A DNA stretch of 53,732 nucleotides, from the IMG/VR virus record IMGVR_UViG_3300031999_000026, positions 1 to 53,732 of that record. One strand, written 5' to 3'. The position numbers were made by a program, and so were the translations under genes. The notes under the pieces are model-generated. The model saw only the letters and a program-made list of their open reading frames with translations. It did no database searches and had not been told where the DNA came from. The DNA comes from a virus. Taxonomy: Duplodnaviria; Caudoviricetes. Below are positions 37,613 through 46,404 of this stretch, one piece after another (positions within the stretch are counted from its first letter, which is position 1; each line of letters starts with the position of its first letter).

Positions 37613-38452
37613 TTTTCCTGTTCCAGTTTCTCCACTTAAAATAACAAGGTGGGTTTCTTTTTTAGAGTTTAATCCATCAACAATTTTTTGAGCTATTTCA
37701 GGAAAATTGTCATTATAATTTTCCTCAAGATTCATTTTTATTTTATTTACACTAAAACCTGTTTTTTCAAATGCATTAGTATTACGATGAACGACATAAA
37801 TTTTATTTTTTGTTAATTTAGGACGTTTAACACTTTTTAAAAGTCCTAATAGTATATAGAAAAAAGAATCTTTATTATTTTCATCTTTTGGGTTATAATA
37901 AATTGCGCCTTTATCTTTACCATCAACATATAGTAATAAATCTTCTTTAAAAGCAATAAGTAATGATGTTATACGTGCTTCATTTCTGCTTTGATGTGAA
38001 ACTTTAACATAAGATTCTTCGGGTACATTACAATGTTTAAATAAATTCTTAATAAAAGTAGTTATATTAAACTGCTCAAATCTATAGATATTAGGATGAA
38101 ATTTATTTATCTTATGATAACGATAAGCAAAATATTCCAATTCATCAGAAGAATTAAGATGTCCTTCTGAGCCATCATTCATATACACAAATTCATTTAC
38201 TCTATAAAAAGGCGTATTTTTAATATTTGTAAATTTTTGAAGTGGAATTTTGGCAATATTAACTGCAATATTTTTCCAATTTTGCTTATCTTCTATTGGA
38301 TTACCATTGTCATCATATTCATCATAATTTTCTATCTGCATAGCTTTTTTATTTTTTAAAAATATTTCTAGTTCTTTTTGAACTTCAGTATTTAAAATAT
38401 GTCCCCAATCAATTGCATCTGGGTCAACTTCTATTATTTTCCTTTGAGGCAT
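37529..38452 (-). CDS. AAA ATPase N-fragment fused to short IntN
   Basis: VILSGETGTGK, then CVVGNTKITIRNK... and stop. Confidence 0.88.
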   Translation of the reverse strand: MPQRKIIEVDPDAIDWGHILNTEVQKELEIFLKNKKAMQIENYDEYDDNGNPIEDKQNWKNIAVNIAKIPLQKFTNIKNTPFYRVNEFVYMNDGSEGHLNSSDELEYFAYRYHKINKFHPNIYRFEQFNITTFIKNLFKHCNVPEESYVKVSHQSRNEARITSLLIAFKEDLLLYVDGKDKGAIYYNPKDENNKDSFFYILLGLLKSVKRPKLTKNKIYVVHRNTNAFEKTGFSVNKIKMNLEENYNDNFPEIAQKIVDGLNSKKETHLVILSGETGTGKCVVGNTKITIRNKKTKKIEEINIADLM

Positions 38453-38531
38453 TTACATCTTTAATCACATGTATCCAATAATATATTCCATAGATATGTT
38501 CAAGATTTTAATAAGTTTTAATAACTATTAA

Positions 38532-40343
38532 TTATTTTCCCCTTTCCTCAAGCCACAGTTTTCTTTTCAAACTTGAATCGCCAAACGCAATTTCCAAAAA
38601 CCGATTTGCACTTCTATCATTAATAATGGAAAATAAAATTTTATGTTCCATAACGTATTCCCAATCTTTTAAGGAAAGAGAACCGAGTCCTTTAAGATAT
38701 TTAACATTAGTTACTTTATTTTCACTTATAAATGTTTGAAATTCTTCTATTGTATGAAAGTACTTTCTTTCTTTAATTAAATCACATGCAATTAAAGGTG
38801 TTATTATTCTATAAAGTCTTTTATCTTCAATAATTTGCGGAAACCATTTATAAAAGAAATTTATAATCAATGAACTAATATGTTCACCATCTGGATCACT
38901 GTCGCTAGCGATGATAATTTTATCATATACTGGAAGTTTTAAATTACCTGGTTCTATTTCCAAAATACTCATTATATCCATCCATTCAACATTAGCAGTA
39001 AGGTCAGAAAGTTTTCTGGCATTCTTTACTTTACCCTTTAAAGCATATATTGCATCGATTTCTGAATCTCTTGCTTGTTTCACCGAACCTGCAGCAGATA
39101 AGCCCTCTGTTATGTATATATTTTGTTTGTATTTCGAAGCTGGACTAAACTTATCTGATATTTTTCGTTTTGATTGCTTTTGTGCTCTTTTGATCTTATT
39201 CATGTTTTCATTATGAAGACGATCTTCAATAGCTTTTTCAATATTACGAGCAATTTCAGATTTACTTAAAAGTCTTAATAATTTATTATTAAAAAGTTCA
39301 TTTATTTCTTCTTCCATTTCACCCCGAGAAGTTGCAAATTTTGTTTTATTTTGATCTGCAAACCTCATTAAATGAGATGGAACATTAAAAGATATTAGTG
39401 TTTCATAGAAATGATGAGCATATGTGTAGTTAAAGTATCCATTTACCCAATCATTTATAATCTTCTGATGTATCCCTGTGCACTGTGAACCATTAATAAA
39501 GGATAATGAACATGAATTTTCATAAGCTTCCCAAAGATATATCATACCAAAATTTGTAGATACAACTATATGATTATGAGGAACAAATGTAACTATTATA
39601 GGAATAATTTTTTCTATACCATCTTTAATAAAATAACCATTTAAATTAAGTTTATTAATTATTGGGTCATTTTTAACGAGAAAAGTTTTAAATGATAAGT
39701 AAGTAGTTATTAAATCTATATCCCACTTGTAATTAAGAAACATTTCTGGTGAAGGAATAAAAGTAATGGTTGTACCTAATTTATCCTTTGATTCTTTTTT
39801 TCTTATTTCTTCGTCAACTACTTTAAAATTATCCCACTCAAATTTTACGTAATGAGTTTTGTTTGTAGTTTCAACTTTAAAATTTTTAGATAAAATGTTA
39901 ACTACAGCAGCGCCCAAACCAAAAGTTCCTAGTAGATTTGTCGACGTGTCTACAAAATTTGAACCTGCGTGCAATTCTTCTAGAGCAGTTCTAACTACAT
40001 TTTTTTTAGTTTTTTTATGTTTTTGAGCGGCATCATGAAAACCTAAGCCTTCATCAATTATAGAAATTTCATTATTGTTCAAATTAACAGTAACTGTTAT
40101 ATTTTTCATTTTACCCTTGCAACGTTTAGCTTCATCTAAAGCATTTTCTAATATTTCTATAAACAATTGATAAAACCCGGGTGAATATTTTTTTTGTATA
40201 TCGGTAAGTATACCATTAATAATTAAGGGACACTTATCATCAACTTCAGCAATTTGACCAACATATAATGTTGGTCTTAATCTAATTGCTGTAAAATTAT
40301 CTAATGCTATTATTTCTTTATTATTCGGAATATTTTTTGACAT
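38532..40343 (-). CDS. gp39: type II topoisomerase ATPase/TOPRIM subunit (gp39+60/GyrB/ParE-like)
   Basis: IRLRPTLYVG, EILENALDE, DEGLG, HAGSNF, TEGLSA, DSDPDG.HI, YLKGLGS. Confidence 0.93.
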   Translation of the reverse strand: MSKNIPNNKEIIALDNFTAIRLRPTLYVGQIAEVDDKCPLIINGILTDIQKKYSPGFYQLFIEILENALDEAKRCKGKMKNITVTVNLNNNEISIIDEGLGFHDAAQKHKKTKKNVVRTALEELHAGSNFVDTSTNLLGTFGLGAAVVNILSKNFKVETTNKTHYVKFEWDNFKVVDEEIRKKESKDKLGTTITFIPSPEMFLNYKWDIDLITTYLSFKTFLVKNDPIINKLNLNGYFIKDGIEKIIPIIVTFVPHNHIVVSTNFGMIYLWEAYENSCSLSFINGSQCTGIHQKIINDWVNGYFNYTYAHHFYETLISFNVPSHLMRFADQNKTKFATSRGEMEEEINELFNNKLLRLLSKSEIARNIEKAIEDRLHNENMNKIKRAQKQSKRKISDKFSPASKYKQNIYITEGLSAAGSVKQARDSEIDAIYALKGKVKNARKLSDLTANVEWMDIMSILEIEPGNLKLPVYDKIIIASDSDPDGEHISSLIINFFYKWFPQIIEDKRLYRIITPLIACDLIKERKYFHTIEEFQTFISENKVTNVKYLKGLGSLSLKDWEYVMEHKILFSIINDRSANRFLEIAFGDSSLKRKLWLEERGK

Positions 40344-40471
40344 AGTTTTCTATAAATTCAGTATAATGTTTATCTAATATTAAAATATAGTTATATCCCA
40401 TTTCTTTTACTGCTTCGCCTTTTACTTCTATTTTTTCTTTATATCTCTTTAAAAGATATTTGTTTTTTAAA

Positions 40472-40744
40472 TTATTGTTTATATCCTGATAATTCTGCTG
40501 CGTTAGGAAAAATTATCCAAATTTTCCTACGATTATCATCTGGATATGAAAAATCTTCTAATTCTCTTTGAGAAAAAATGTATCCTGCAGCATCAAATGG
40601 CCCATTTTCAACAACACATACAAGATTTTCTACCCATTTTTTAGGTTGTGGAATTTTTTGACCTCCTAATGCGATCAATTGATCAGCTTTACCTCTTGCA
40701 GGTAATGCTTCTCCATACGATGTGTGATTAATATAATATCCCAT
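40472..40744 (-). CDS. hypothetical protein
   Basis: 90 aa; VCVVENGPFDAAG. Confidence 0.7.
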   Translation of the reverse strand: MGYYINHTSYGEALPARGKADQLIALGGQKIPQPKKWVENLVCVVENGPFDAAGYIFSQRELEDFSYPDDNRRKIWIIFPNAAELSGYKQ

Positions 40745-40755
40745 TTTTTAGTTTT

Positions 40756-41121
40756 TTATTTTGTTTTAATAACTGCAACTGCGTGAGATTTCCAAAAATT
40801 AAATCCTGCATTTTCATGTTCAAAACGAGCATCACTTTCATAAAGAATGTATAAATCTTCTTTAAGTTCATCTGCAATACTTTTAAGATTGTCAAATTCC
40901 ATAGTTATGTCAACATCACCATACCAAATTTTACCAGATTTTTTAGTAATAATATTTGAATTAAATACTACTGTATTATCTGGATATTGTTTATGATACA
41001 TAGTTTTTGAACCAGATAACATTCTACCTGGTTCAAAACTATATTTCCTGAACACTTTAGTATAATCAGGTTTTTCTTTAAATTCTGAAGGAAAAATCCC
41101 CTTTAATTTAATTATTTTCAT
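40756..41121 (-). CDS. hypothetical protein
   Basis: 121 aa; GRMLSGSK, IWYGD, LYILYESD. Confidence 0.7.
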   Translation of the reverse strand: MKIIKLKGIFPSEFKEKPDYTKVFRKYSFEPGRMLSGSKTMYHKQYPDNTVVFNSNIITKKSGKIWYGDVDITMEFDNLKSIADELKEDLYILYESDARFEHENAGFNFWKSHAVAVIKTK

Positions 41122-41137
41122 ATTAGATTTTTAAAAA

Positions 41138-42034
41138 TTATGCGACTATTTCAGAAACTTCGGAAAGATAGCTTTCAGCTATTTCCCAAAGTGACTTGTT
41201 GAAGTTAATATGACGAGTAGCATTATTTATGCCACGAGGTTTAGTCCTACGACCGTTCATCGTCTGACGTTCGAATTCACCCTTAACAAGACGTTCCTGG
41301 ATGACATTGAACACTGTCCAAAGGTCTTCCTTCTTGTCTTCTCCTCTGAGAGGTTCAACAATCTGGGCAGGCTTGATGATGGTAGTGGCTCTCTTCATAT
41401 CGATGGTACCGTCTTCCTTAACGAATACGTGAGGTTCCCTGGCAGCAACTGCCCTGATAACGAATTCTTCCCTCTGGTCCTGGTTCAATTTGAACTCCTG
41501 CATGGCTTCAATGTGTGAACCAATCGTAGTGTACTGATTGGCAACAATTTCCATGAGTTTCTTCAACTCATTGAGGTCGATACCGACGTGGCGAAGCTTA
41601 ACTGAAGTGTACATGCCAGGCATTGCAACTACAAGACCGTTGGTGCAGACGAGGCGGAAAAGGCCCATATGAATCTGAGCAGGGGAGCAGCCATTGTGGG
41701 AATTGTCAAGGACAATCTGTGGCTTAACGAGGTCAGTCTTCAATTTCATGAAGCCGAGGTCAGGATTCGTGAGGCGAACCATATGGCGGGCATAAGGACC
41801 TGTACCATTCTGGCGAGTGTGAGTTGGTGCCCATCCAAGAGTATCAAAAGCGTTGAGTAACTCAACAGTAGGTACAAACGAATAACGTTTAGAGAGTTTA
41901 GGGCTTTCGTGATTGGAGAAAGCTGCTGGAGAAAAGTTACGGACGTCTTCAATAGAAGATACCGAATAACCAATACTAGTTAAATTAATTTGATTAATTT
42001 GTGTCATTGTGTATTTTTTAATGATTAATGGCAA
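41138..42034 (-). CDS. DUF932 (DUF945)-family protein
   Basis: S.RYSFVPT, NSHNG, GLFRLVCTNGLV, LW..FN.IQE; start probably 42008. Confidence 0.85.
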   Translation of the reverse strand: MPLIIKKYTMTQINQINLTSIGYSVSSIEDVRNFSPAAFSNHESPKLSKRYSFVPTVELLNAFDTLGWAPTHTRQNGTGPYARHMVRLTNPDLGFMKLKTDLVKPQIVLDNSHNGCSPAQIHMGLFRLVCTNGLVVAMPGMYTSVKLRHVGIDLNELKKLMEIVANQYTTIGSHIEAMQEFKLNQDQREEFVIRAVAAREPHVFVKEDGTIDMKRATTIIKPAQIVEPLRGEDKKEDLWTVFNVIQERLVKGEFERQTMNGRRTKPRGINNATRHINFNKSLWEIAESYLSEVSEIVA

Positions 42035-42056
42035 TGGTAAATTAATTCCTTAAAAA

Positions 42057-42512
42057 TTATTTACTATTTATTTTTAAATTAAGTTTTTCGAAAAATTCTT
42101 CAGCAATTTTCGTTATTTTAGAATCTGAAGATAATCTGGCATGTGCTATATAATATCCTTGTAAGAATCCTTTATAAAGAGGATCATGTAAAAGATTATG
42201 TAATTGTTTAATTTTTTTAATGTTATTACCAAAATTTTCATTTATAAGATTAATAGCTGATTCAAGCAAATATCCATCTCTCTTTTCATAAAGTTCTGCA
42301 CGATATTTACTTAATTCTCGTGAGTTAGATATTGCTATTACATTAAATATCAATCCTATAAAAATTCCTAAAATGCTGCCATACCAAAAATACATATTTG
42401 AAATTGATAAAGCTGCAATTAGAAATATTATAAAACATATTCCTGAACTATAAGCTAAAATTAAAAAAGTTTTAGCAGATTTTTTTATTTTATTTTTTTC
42501 TATACGTGTCAT
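42057..42512 (-). CDS. membrane protein
   Basis: two hydrophobic segments near N-terminus. Confidence 0.65.
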   Translation of the reverse strand: MTRIEKNKIKKSAKTFLILAYSSGICFIIFLIAALSISNMYFWYGSILGIFIGLIFNVIAISNSRELSKYRAELYEKRDGYLLESAINLINENFGNNIKKIKQLHNLLHDPLYKGFLQGYYIAHARLSSDSKITKIAEEFFEKLNLKINSK

Positions 42513-42590
42513 TTTATTTAAAATTAATTTTCAATAATTTTATTTACTATTTATTTAAATTAAGTTTTTCGAAAAATTCTTCAGCAATTT
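42073..42590. repeat. 37-bp direct repeat (42073-42109 and 42554-42590) at the 3' ends of adjacent genes
   Basis: tttaaattaagtttttcgaaaaattcttcagcaattt occurs twice, encoding IAEEFFEKLNL. Confidence 0.9.
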
Positions 42591-42951
42591 CGAATTCACT
42601 CCAATAAAGAATGAAATAATCATGTTTATCAACCCAATTCATATCTCTGTCTTCACCATAATGACCAGGTTTTGCATTTCTACGAAGATATTCAATTAAC
42701 TTTTTATCTGTAGGAACTGCGATGCCCCAACCACGCTGACCACATTCATCATCTTCCCATTCTTTTATAACTTTAATAGTTGCAGGAAATGTAAATTTTT
42801 CATCATAATCCCAATTTGACATTCCAGTTCCTCCATATACATTATTAAAAGAAAACGATTTTACAGTGATAATATCACCAACTTCGGGAATAATTTTAAT
42901 TTTCATATTAATATTTAATTTCCATTTATTGAAAACAATTTGATCTTTCAT
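42547..42951 (-). CDS. hypothetical protein
   Basis: 134 aa. Confidence 0.6.
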   Translation of the reverse strand: MKDQIVFNKWKLNINMKIKIIPEVGDIITVKSFSFNNVYGGTGMSNWDYDEKFTFPATIKVIKEWEDDECGQRGWGIAVPTDKKLIEYLRRNAKPGHYGEDRDMNWVDKHDYFILYWSEFEIAEEFFEKLNLNK

Positions 42952-42967
42952 AATATATTTTTAATTA

Positions 42968-43010
42968 TAATAGTAATTTAACAATAATTTCTGATATAAA
43001 AAAATAATTA
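42968..43010 (-). promoter_or_regulatory. putative early promoter
   Basis: TTTTATATCAGAAATTATTGTTAAATTACTAT, a variant of the 31560 motif. Confidence 0.5.
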
Positions 43011-43021
43011 TGCAACTATTT

Positions 43022-43219
43022 TTAAAAATGTTCAAAATTCATTCCATAATCTGGAAGTTCACTTGGTTTGATAGTACCACTTTTTAATATTTCCATGAGA
43101 CAATCAAAATTTCTTATGCCCTCAGGAATAGAATCAAAATCTCTTATATAATCATTTTCGTGAAGAAAACAATAAGAAATTGCTTCTTCTTTTGTTATTT
43201 TGTTAAAATCTATTTTCAT
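43022..43219 (-). CDS. small hypothetical protein
   Basis: 65 aa. Confidence 0.55.
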   Translation of the reverse strand: MKIDFNKITKEEAISYCFLHENDYIRDFDSIPEGIRNFDCLMEILKSGTIKPSELPDYGMNFEHF

Positions 43220-43229
43220 TTTTTATTTT

Positions 43230-43859
43230 TTAAAATGCATAATTCTTTGTTGGCTTTCTGCATTTGATTTGCGTTCGAATATTATTTTGACTATTAAACC
43301 CATTCTCTAATTTACCATTTCTCATCTTCAAAACCAATCCTTCATACATCTGATAATTAATAATATTGGAATAAACTTCTGTAAAATCTTTTAGTATAGA
43401 ATTTACTCTAAAGCAATTTTCAGATATCTGATGTAAATGCTTTTTGACAAGATTATCAGGATAAAGTTTTTGTAAAATTTTATATCTTTCTTCGAACGTG
43501 GTTCCTAAAAGATATTCTCCATTAAAAACTAAAATATCAAAAATAACAAATTTTATATTCCAATATTTTCCATATTCATCTTTTTGATTTTTATTCATAT
43601 ATTCTCCACAAAGAACTATCCAGCCCTTTCCTCGATGAAGAGATTTTAATTCATCACTATTCATTTTATTAGTGAGAGATTCGTGATGTCGATTCATCAC
43701 TATAAGCTCATCATCATTAGTGTAAATTTGCATTGAACTTCCATTCAATTTTGGTTGGCCAAGAAATTTACTCATCTTCTCAAAGGTGCCAAGACCGGAA
43801 ATAGTAGTCTTAATCTCAGGTCTAGGAGGATAGATATACCTATAATGATCATAGTTCAT
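43230..43859 (-). CDS. minimal ATP-dependent ligase-like nucleotidyltransferase (adenylation domain only)
   Basis: motif I QPKLNG, III LCGEY, IIIa FVIFD, IV YEGLVLK, V IKCR. Confidence 0.75.
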   Translation of the reverse strand: MNYDHYRYIYPPRPEIKTTISGLGTFEKMSKFLGQPKLNGSSMQIYTNDDELIVMNRHHESLTNKMNSDELKSLHRGKGWIVLCGEYMNKNQKDEYGKYWNIKFVIFDILVFNGEYLLGTTFEERYKILQKLYPDNLVKKHLHQISENCFRVNSILKDFTEVYSNIINYQMYEGLVLKMRNGKLENGFNSQNNIRTQIKCRKPTKNYAF

Positions 43860-44008
43860 TATTCTTTTTTTTTCTTAAAAGAATCTTTAATAGCACAAAG
43901 ACAAATCATTCCTTCAATTAGGAAAATATATTCATATCTAATAATAAATTCTGGTAATATAGAAAATGTGATAAATCCTAAGGAAAGGAATAAAATAATT
44001 ATTTTCAT
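43859..44008 (-). CDS. small membrane peptide (49 aa, not in ORF track)
   Basis: MKIIILFLSLGFITFSILPE...; fills the gap. Confidence 0.4.
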   Translation of the reverse strand: MKIIILFLSLGFITFSILPEFIIRYEYIFLIEGMICLCAIKDSFKKKKE

Positions 44009-44020
44009 AATTTTTATTTT

Positions 44021-44176
44021 TTATTTAATATAATAAAAAGTAGAAACATCACTTTCTTGAATTGCTTCTTTATCAGCTTCAAAATCAGCAATAAATTGAG
44101 CTAATGCTTGTTCTTCATTGGTATCTTCAAAACCTTTATTGATCTCATTGAAATAGAAATTTTTTGTAGCACTCAT
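44021..44176 (-). CDS. small hypothetical protein
   Basis: MSATKNFYFNE...; ATG at 44176 avoids overlap with upstream gene. Confidence 0.5.
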   Translation of the reverse strand: MSATKNFYFNEINKGFEDTNEEQALAQFIADFEADKEAIQESDVSTFYYIK

Positions 44177-44186
44177 GATTTTATTT

Positions 44187-44801
44187 TTAAATAGCCTGAA
44201 TTGATTTAATTGAAAATATTGGACGAATGTCTTCCATAATTTGACCAACCGATTTCAGTTTCTTATCGGAAGCAATCTTGGTCAGATTATTAATAGTGCC
44301 TTTCTTTATAGAGAAAGTAGTGTTACTGAGGAGTAAATTTTCCTTATCATTATCAGAAATTTTCTTGGTTAACATAAGAAGATCGGAAATAACTTCCTGA
44401 TACTTCATCAAAATCTCAGTATTAAAATAGTAAGTCGTTTCTTCGTTGGTTATTCCATTGCCATAAGTTTTACGAAGTTCTTCACAACGTTCTTGATCAA
44501 TGGTGATATACTTATCTGAAGTGATAAACTGAAAACCCATCGTTCCAGCAACTACTTTAAGAGTTCTAGGAAAAATCTTTTTCTGATCATATAAATTGAT
44601 CATTTCAAGTTTTGCGGCTTCACGAACTTCAGTATCCAAAACAGCTTTTTCGGTTTCTAAATCAGCCAATTCGGTATTGATTTTGGCCATGCGAATCAAA
44701 GATTCTTCGAATTCAGGTTTCAAGTTAACTACAGTGTGTTTTTCTGTTTTCTTAACTTCTGCTACTGATTTTGCTTTGTCGAATAAATTTATCTTTACCA
44801 T
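44187..44801 (-). CDS. hypothetical protein with N-terminal coiled coil
   Basis: 204 aa, first gene after early-like promoter. Confidence 0.7.
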   Translation of the reverse strand: MVKINLFDKAKSVAEVKKTEKHTVVNLKPEFEESLIRMAKINTELADLETEKAVLDTEVREAAKLEMINLYDQKKIFPRTLKVVAGTMGFQFITSDKYITIDQERCEELRKTYGNGITNEETTYYFNTEILMKYQEVISDLLMLTKKISDNDKENLLLSNTTFSIKKGTINNLTKIASDKKLKSVGQIMEDIRPIFSIKSIQAI

Positions 44802-44818
44802 TGTTTAATGTTTTAATT

Positions 44819-44868
44819 GTATAGTAAATATAACAACAAAATCCGACAAATAAAAATATTTATCGGAT
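44819..44868 (-). promoter_or_regulatory. putative early promoter with hairpin
   Basis: ATCCGATAAAT...ATTTGTCGGAT then TTGTTATATTTACTATA. Confidence 0.6.
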
Positions 44869-44895
44869 TATTTAATATTTATTTATAATAAATAT

Positions 44896-45159
44896 CTATT
44901 CAGAATCCAATTTAGAACTTAATTCAGATTCTAATTCAGAATCCAATTCAAAATTCAATTCAGAACTCAATTCAGAACTCAATTCAGAACCCAATTCAGA
45001 TCTCAATTCAGAATACAATTCAGAATACAATTCAGATCTCAATTCAGAACTCAATTCAGAACTCAATTCAGAACACAATTCAGAATCCAATTCAGAATAC
45101 AATTCAAATCTCAATTCAGAATCCAATTCAGATATTTCAAATATATTCATCTTATTCAT
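44896..45159 (-). CDS. ELxS repeat protein
   Basis: MNKMNIFEIS plus repeats, 87 aa. Confidence 0.55.
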   Translation of the reverse strand: MNKMNIFEISELDSELRFELYSELDSELCSELSSELSSELRSELYSELYSELRSELGSELSSELSSELNFELDSELESELSSKLDSE

Positions 45160-45430
45160 ATTATAATTCAGATTCCAATTCAGAATTTAATTCAGAATAC
45201 AATTCAGATCTCAATTCAGAATCCAATTCAGAACTCAATTCAGATCTCAATTCAGAATCCACAGAATCCAATTCAAAAACTAACTCAGAACACAATTCAG
45301 AACCCAATTCAGAATACAATTCAGACCACAATTCAAATTTCAATTCAGAATACAATTCAGAATCTAATTCAGACTGTAATTCAGAATCCAATTCAAAAAC
45401 TAACTCAGAACACAATTCAGAATCCAATTT
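44896..45430 (-). repeat. second ELxS 12-bp repeat array (~40 units)
   Basis: same unit and same linker (45126-45170) as 31645-32961. Confidence 0.95.
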
Positions 45431-45472
45431 AATGTTTATCATAAGTTTTCTCTGTATATCCTTGAACATCAT
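45161..45472 (-). CDS. ELxS repeat protein (start uncertain, perhaps 45442)
   Basis: MINIKLDSELCS... Confidence 0.5.
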   Translation of the reverse strand: MMFKDIQRKLMINIKLDSELCSELVFELDSELQSELDSELYSELKFELWSELYSELGSELCSELVFELDSVDSELRSELSSELDSELRSELYSELNSELESEL

Positions 45473-46088
45473 AAGTTTGAGAAATACTCTTCCCCCATTT
45501 ATTAATGTGACCTAGTGTTGCAGGTCTTGCATCAAGATAATTTTGCCATAATGTTTTTTCTGGATCGCCATATTTATAAACATAAGCAACTTTAAGCATA
45601 TTTGTTTCATGATCTGTAAGTTGTTTATCGAATCGATAATATGCTGTTTCTGTGCTACCATCTGTAGATCTTAAAACCTTATCAGTTTCTTCTGCGGCTT
45701 CTGCTGGAATTTCAGCTTCATCAAAAAATTCGAGTGGAACATCTCCATGAACAACTTTTTCTTGAAATTTTACTTCTGATCGTTCTTCTCTAGTGAGTTT
45801 AAGTTTATCAGAAAAATTGAGAATAACTGCAGCTTGAAGTATGAGATTTTTAACTTCGGCAAGAGAATTTTTTATACCATAAGTTCTCTTTAAGTTATAG
45901 TAAAATTTATCAATATCAAGTTTTCCCTCAAGAAATGCGTTATCTGGAATTCGTTGTAATTCATTTGCAACTCGTGCAAATAAAGCAGATTTAAAGATTG
46001 TGTATTTTTCTCGTAGATTTCTTGTGTCTCCGATTGGAATGTTTTTCATTTCTAAAAGAATAGATTCTTTAACAAGTTTTGCTCTCAT
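45429..46088 (-). CDS. hypothetical protein with VxES leader
   Basis: begins MRAKLVKESILLE; late-like promoter at 46102-46116. Confidence 0.72.
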   Translation of the reverse strand: MRAKLVKESILLEMKNIPIGDTRNLREKYTIFKSALFARVANELQRIPDNAFLEGKLDIDKFYYNLKRTYGIKNSLAEVKNLILQAAVILNFSDKLKLTREERSEVKFQEKVVHGDVPLEFFDEAEIPAEAAEETDKVLRSTDGSTETAYYRFDKQLTDHETNMLKVAYVYKYGDPEKTLWQNYLDARPATLGHINKWGKSISQTYDVQGYTEKTYDKH

Positions 46089-46101
46089 ATAAATATAATC
46101 A

Positions 46102-46116
46102 TTTTATTTATATATC
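46102..46116 (-). promoter_or_regulatory. putative late promoter
   Basis: GATATATAAATAAAA. Confidence 0.55.
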
Positions 46117-46155
46117 TTAATAAAATGATTGTTAAAGTTTTGTTAAAAGATAACT

Positions 46156-46404
46156 TCAAGGATTCCATCCAATCTTTTTAGATATTTCAACCTGTTTTTC
46201 GGGTGATAATTTATCTTTCTTTTCATTCATCGATTTACTAAAATATGTTCCAAGTTTTCCTTGAAATAATCTGTTTCCTACAGGAGAAAATCTCCATAAT
46301 TCTAACATATTATAATAACTCATATCATCTATAAATTTTTTAAGCTTTTCAAATTCATTATCAGATATTTTTTCATTATTTAAATTTTCTAATCTAGTTT
46401 TCAT
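46156..46404 (-). CDS. small hypothetical protein
   Basis: IDDMSYYNMLELWRF.P.G...FQG...SKKIGW. Confidence 0.7.
   Translation of the reverse strand: MKTRLENLNNEKISDNEFEKLKKFIDDMSYYNMLELWRFSPVGNRLFQGKLGTYFSKSMNEKKDKLSPEKQVEISKKIGWNP

Noticed and set aside
10653-38452. Stop-codon reassignment as the cause of gene fragmentation
   Set aside because: Breaks use TAA, TGA and TAG, and the endonuclease ORFs following IntN are in different frames; long genes elsewhere read normally in code 11.
31645-45472. DGR template/variable repeat pair (the variable codon looks like AAT mutated to NNT)
   Set aside because: No reverse transcriptase in the window; the adenines of GAA stay essentially invariant; the third codon position also varies (TGG, AGA); the two loci are not colinear copies.
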